A stretch of 49,201 bases of DNA from positions 15,576 to 64,776 of the forward strand of contig MQRK01220026.1 of NCBI GenBank assembly GCA_001938485.1, in the 5' to 3' direction. This document shows positions 44,890-49,201 of this stretch, piece by piece (the stretch's first letter is position 1; each line of letters begins with the position of its first letter). The DNA is from Girardia tigrina. Lineage: Eukaryota. A program made the translations under genes and the position numbers. The notes under the pieces are model-generated. The model saw only the letters and a program-made list of their open reading frames with translations. It ran no database searches and had not been told where the DNA came from.

Positions 44890-46383
44890 ATGCCATCTAT
44901 ATTAAGATTAACTGGTCGAAATGAAAGTTGATCATCATTAATAGAAAAATCTTCACAACGGAATTTTTTAAATCAATATCAGCATTACCTTTCCTTAAGC
45001 TAGGTTAGGATGACTGTTCGATTCACCCGAGGGTAAATGAAGGGTGATATATTTTTGTGGACTTTCAAGAATCGTTGATTTGAAAGCCAATGATGATAAC
45101 AAAACAGTTTTGGAGAAGGCACAAAATGATTTGGAATCATTTATATTCTTGGTAAAAAAATCAGTTTGAAATGATACTTATATTGAATTTTCTACTGATT
45201 CGGAAAGATCTGCAGCTATTGAAGCTGCTCAAAACATTGGGATTGGTATGAAGGACAGGGTGTCTATACACCGAAAGAGGAATAGATTAACAGATACCCA
45301 GAATTACAAAAGTTGATGTTTACTATCGATTTTTGCGTGAAAAAAATATCGACAAGACCTGAAATATTTTCCCGACATAATTCCATTATAAACACATCAA
45401 ATACAAATCGAAAAACATTAAAAAACTGACTGGTAAAAGTAAAATATTCACTTAAGCCGAGCACGATTCCTTATTGAAATTGATTATAGATACTCTGAAA
45501 TGGTACGCAAACGAAAATTCCACTTTTAAATCAATGAATATGAATGAGAGCCCACAAATCACCACTTCTGATTTCGAACCCAATTTTCTAGCTGGACGAT
45601 AAATCGGTTATTTGTTGAATAAAATCTCGATTTGGAAATCTCAACCGCCACCGCCACTATCAAATTCTTCATTATCGTTTAATGATACTCTGAATAACAA
45701 AAACGGTAGGAAAGAAGACGAATCCGAATCAACAGATAAAACTCAATCATCAGATGATGAAAAGTCAGTTAAACCAGATCCTAACTCCAGTACACAAACT
45801 GATAAGAAACCTTACATACCATAAGCCGGACAAGATATCCACTTTGTTAAGATTGCGTTCTAAAGTTGCCGAACGAACTTCTTAACTTTGAAGTCTGATT
45901 ATAATATCAATAGTAAAAAACGAAGACATTCACGGCCATTATTGAAATGTAATAATTTTCCGCCCAAGAACGATTCTATTAAAAGATCAAGTTTCTTGTG
46001 CCGAGGGAAGAACAAAAACAAATTTGTATCTGACAACAAAAATGGCTTCAGAAGACCGTCATTATACAACTACAGTCGACTTTATTTTTTTAAGGAATTC
46101 TCGATCGACTACAAACGATCCGTCCCTGAAAAATATGCTTTCATATAAAAATAAAACCTTTGGTGGAACAAAGACCTTGATGTTGAATACAAAATCTTCA
46201 GAGTTCTCTATTCACAATCGACGAACATCAAAACATCAAAAAAAAACAAAATAATTTTTCTAATTATCACATGGCTAACAGAAAGAAACAGAAAGAAAAC
46301 CAGAATAATCTGAATCTCATAGAAATTTTTATTTATTCTCAAATTTGGATTGGAGAATTGAATATATCAGTCATAAGAGAAAC

Positions 46384-46545
46384 CAGTGTTGTCGACTTGA
46401 GTTCTCAAAACTACTCGACTCAAAAAATTATTAAACTGACTCGACTCCTGACTCGTTTAAAAAATATTGACTTGACTCGAAGAAAAATAAAACTGACTTG
46501 GTTTATGACTCGTTTACTAAATGTTTCTGATTCAACTGCACTCGA
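46384..46545. mobile_element. hAT-type MITE end fragment
   Basis: CAGTGTTGTCGA start followed by many GACTC(G) subterminal repeats. Confidence 0.45.
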
Positions 46546-47022
46546 ATTTTTAATTTTACTTTAATATTTAGTAAATACTAAAATCAAATTTTTAATATTA
46601 TTAATAGTAATTATTATTGTCGATTGAATGAATATATTTTTTTTAATTTAACTTTTATAATTTTTTTATCTAATTATTTTTTTAAAAATTAATTTTTACA
46701 AGATTTGTTGTTTTTGTGAACTAATATTGATTCAAAATAAAAAAAATTGTTAATAGTTTTTTAAAAATGTTATGTAAATTCTATAATTCAGGTAAATCAA
46801 ATCAAGTTTGTTTAAATAATATGAATATTTTTTAATAAGGTAAAAGGGGGGAAATGTGTTAACTCGTCTTGACATTATTTTATGTCCAGTTGCTACAACC
46901 TTTAATAAAAATGCCATATAGGTGTAATTCTGCCAATATATTAACTCCATTCCAAAAAGTCTTAAGAAAAGCGTGAACGACATCGAGAAAGTATAAGTCT
47001 TTTAAAATAACCCATACAAATG

Positions 47023-47799
47023 TGTTAGGGTTTCGAAAAATGCATATGAACACTTTTGATAAAATTTTATGTAGAAAAAAATTAAAATAATTCTTTTGGT
47101 AAAATTAATTTATTAAAATAAATTTTAAATAGAATAATATTTAGTTTAACAAAACTTGGAATTAAAAATTATAAATGTATGTTTTACTTCATCAAAAATT
47201 ATAAATATTTTAGTCTTTGTTTTACTTCATCAATTTTCAAGGCTGATAAAAACTGCTATATAAACAGCAGCAAATTTAGTTTTAGTTTGCCCAAAAATAT
47301 CTGCAAGAAATTTACCAAAAGAAGTCTCTGTAACAAGTAACGTAAATACAAAATTCATTTTATTTTCATTTTATTCTTTTAAAATATTGTTAAACCATTA
47401 GTATCCTGTATGAGAGAAAAAGGTTTAATCTAAAAAGTACAATATCGTTCGTTTTCGAAGATTCACAGTCTTTACTGTAATCTGTTAACCCGCACGAAAT
47501 ATTGATTTGTGTTGGTATTCTGTCATCAAGAATTGAATTATTATTATTATTTTTGAATTGTTAATTTTTGTTAGTTGAAATAAAGTTTTATAAAAGAATT
47601 TGTGTTCATTATTCATATATTTATGTTGGAAGTCCTTTCTGATTAATTGGAGTCAGATCAAAGATTTTCAGATTAAAGATTGTTTATTAAAGATTATTGA
47701 TTAAAGAATAAAGAATAGAGATTTACGATTAACGATTAAGATTTAAGATTTGTGTTTTAAAAGTAAATAATTATATTAAAGATAATTTAATACCCAACA
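47023..47799 (+). repeat. 777-bp solo LTR
   Basis: Termini TGTTAGGG...CCCAACA, 4-bp TSD AATG on both sides, TATATAAA near 47257, AATAAA near 47579. Confidence 0.82.
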
Positions 47800-47829
47800 A
47801 ATGTATTTTAAGCACAATTAAGACAGGTG

Positions 47830-48600
47830 TCAGTAAGGTGACATGTTTCACAAGCACACAGATTATAGATGCATCAATGTAGCCATTCTTAACTAGTGTC
47901 TATCCATCCGCATTGACACACATAACCTGAAGTCTTTCTTTTTTCAGCTTTCTTTGCTGCGGTGACACATGGTAAAGCTTGTTTCTTGCTTCTCTTCTCT
48001 GCATACTCATTCACTGGAGATTTCTCTTTTTCAGGTCTCTTCGCGGAGACACACGACAAATGTTGTAGGCCTATGTCACTAGATGTGCTTGGCTGGGTTG
48101 GGTCCAATGCTGGTGTACACCCTTTTTTTGATTGTCTTTTTTTTGTAAAATATTCTCAGGTGAATAAAATATTGGTAGAGGTAAATGTTGTCAATGGATG
48201 TTGTGATATATGCTGAGTGGGAAGCCTCATCGACAGGAGATAATGGGTCCTTTGCTGGATACCGACCACAGTGAGCAAAGGAATTCACCACAAGACCTCT
48301 CCGACTTAGTAGCTGATTCCATACTGGCTGGAAAAGAAGGTGAAATTCGTGGCGTGTCAAAATGAAATTGTTATGTTGCATCAAATTTTGTCTCAACTAT
48401 GTCGCCAGATAGTTTTCAGAACTTTATCAACGGGAGTCGATGAGTTGTGTGTGGTGGCAAACAAACAAGATCAATTCCATTTGCTAAAGCAAAGTCGATC
48501 GCTTCAATGGATAGGTGAGATGAAGGACCGTCCATGGCCAAGATACACTTTTCCCTTCTATTTTAACGCACAAGCTTCTTCCGCTTGTAAGTCCAATTTT
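47830..48600 (-). mobile_element. pogo/Fot1-like transposase remnant with Cys-rich C-terminus
   Basis: LAMDGPSSHLSIEAI..A..NGIDLVCLPPHTTHRL, then FAHCGRYP and C-terminal CQC..W..CETC. Confidence 0.75.
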
Positions 48601-49043
48601 TGAAGAAAATGTAATTATATGATATGAGACACACATACAAAGTTGTTAGTCAAAAAAATTAATATAAATGTTAATGGTAACAAAGTGGCATAATTACCCC
48701 CGAAAATTTTAAAACATCCATTTAATTATTATTTATAAGTTAATTTAGTATTATCAAATTCACTTCTTTATGGTTTTAATCCTCAGATATTAGCTAATAA
48801 ATAATGTTTACCTTTTTAAAACGTCAACAATAACTTAAGAAATATCGAACTGTAAAAGCAGACAAGTAAGAAATCGAATATAAACGTAAACAACCATGTG
48901 ATATTTAATGTATTAAAAGGCTTCTACATAGACAGAAGACAGCATATCTGCATGATGTATTAAGGCTTCCACCGAATAAGCGTAAACTAGAATAATTGAA
49001 AACAATTTAAAATGTCAATATAATATTTAAAATATGATATATA

Positions 49044-49201
49044 CAGTCGCGAGCAAAAGTAATGGGCCACCTAGGTAAAATATCTATTTCATTAGAAATA
49101 GGCACTTGACTAAAACAATATGCTATATAATAAGTTATATATTATTTCTGAAGGGCTATTAATTAAACTTAGTATGCTACAAAGATTAAAATACATTAGT
49201 A
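49044..49201. mobile_element. Start of a Tc1-like element (TIR only)
   Basis: TA-CAGTCGCGAGCAAAAGTAATGGGCCAC resembles Tc1 TIRs; runs off the window. Confidence 0.45.

Noticed and set aside
1-47799. The two related LTRs as ends of one giant 47-kb retroelement
   Set aside because: They are substantially diverged, the right one has its own AATG TSD on both sides, and the left has no PBS.

Overview
AT-rich eukaryotic scaffold, apparently metazoan, with three N-gaps. The one well-supported host gene is an MFSD8/CLN7-like lysosomal MFS transporter on the + strand. I traced 11 phase-consistent GT-AG exons (1,494 nt, about 497 aa; start codon not located) over 10328-42968. Its introns are either tiny (41-50 nt) or 2-11 kb and packed with nested transposons. 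The rest is mostly transposable elements: mariner, Minos-like Tc1 with an intron, DD37E-like, pogo/Tigger, hAT, piggyBac-like and Stowaway-like MITEs, a FLYWCH-MULE, several Gypsy fragments and solo LTRs, a full-length RTE-like LINE and Penelope-like fragments. Most notable: (1) three Gypsy fragments whose gag start codon is formed by the LTR/PBS junction (A|TGGCGAC = Met-Ala-Thr); (2) four -1 frameshift cassettes, one a textbook UUUAAAC plus pseudoknot; (3) minimal hammerhead ribozymes in inverted Penelope pLTRs; (4) a 5S-rRNA-headed SINE3-like element; (5) a possible antisense nested gene inside an MFSD8 intron. Family assignments come from reading motifs by eye; no searches were run.
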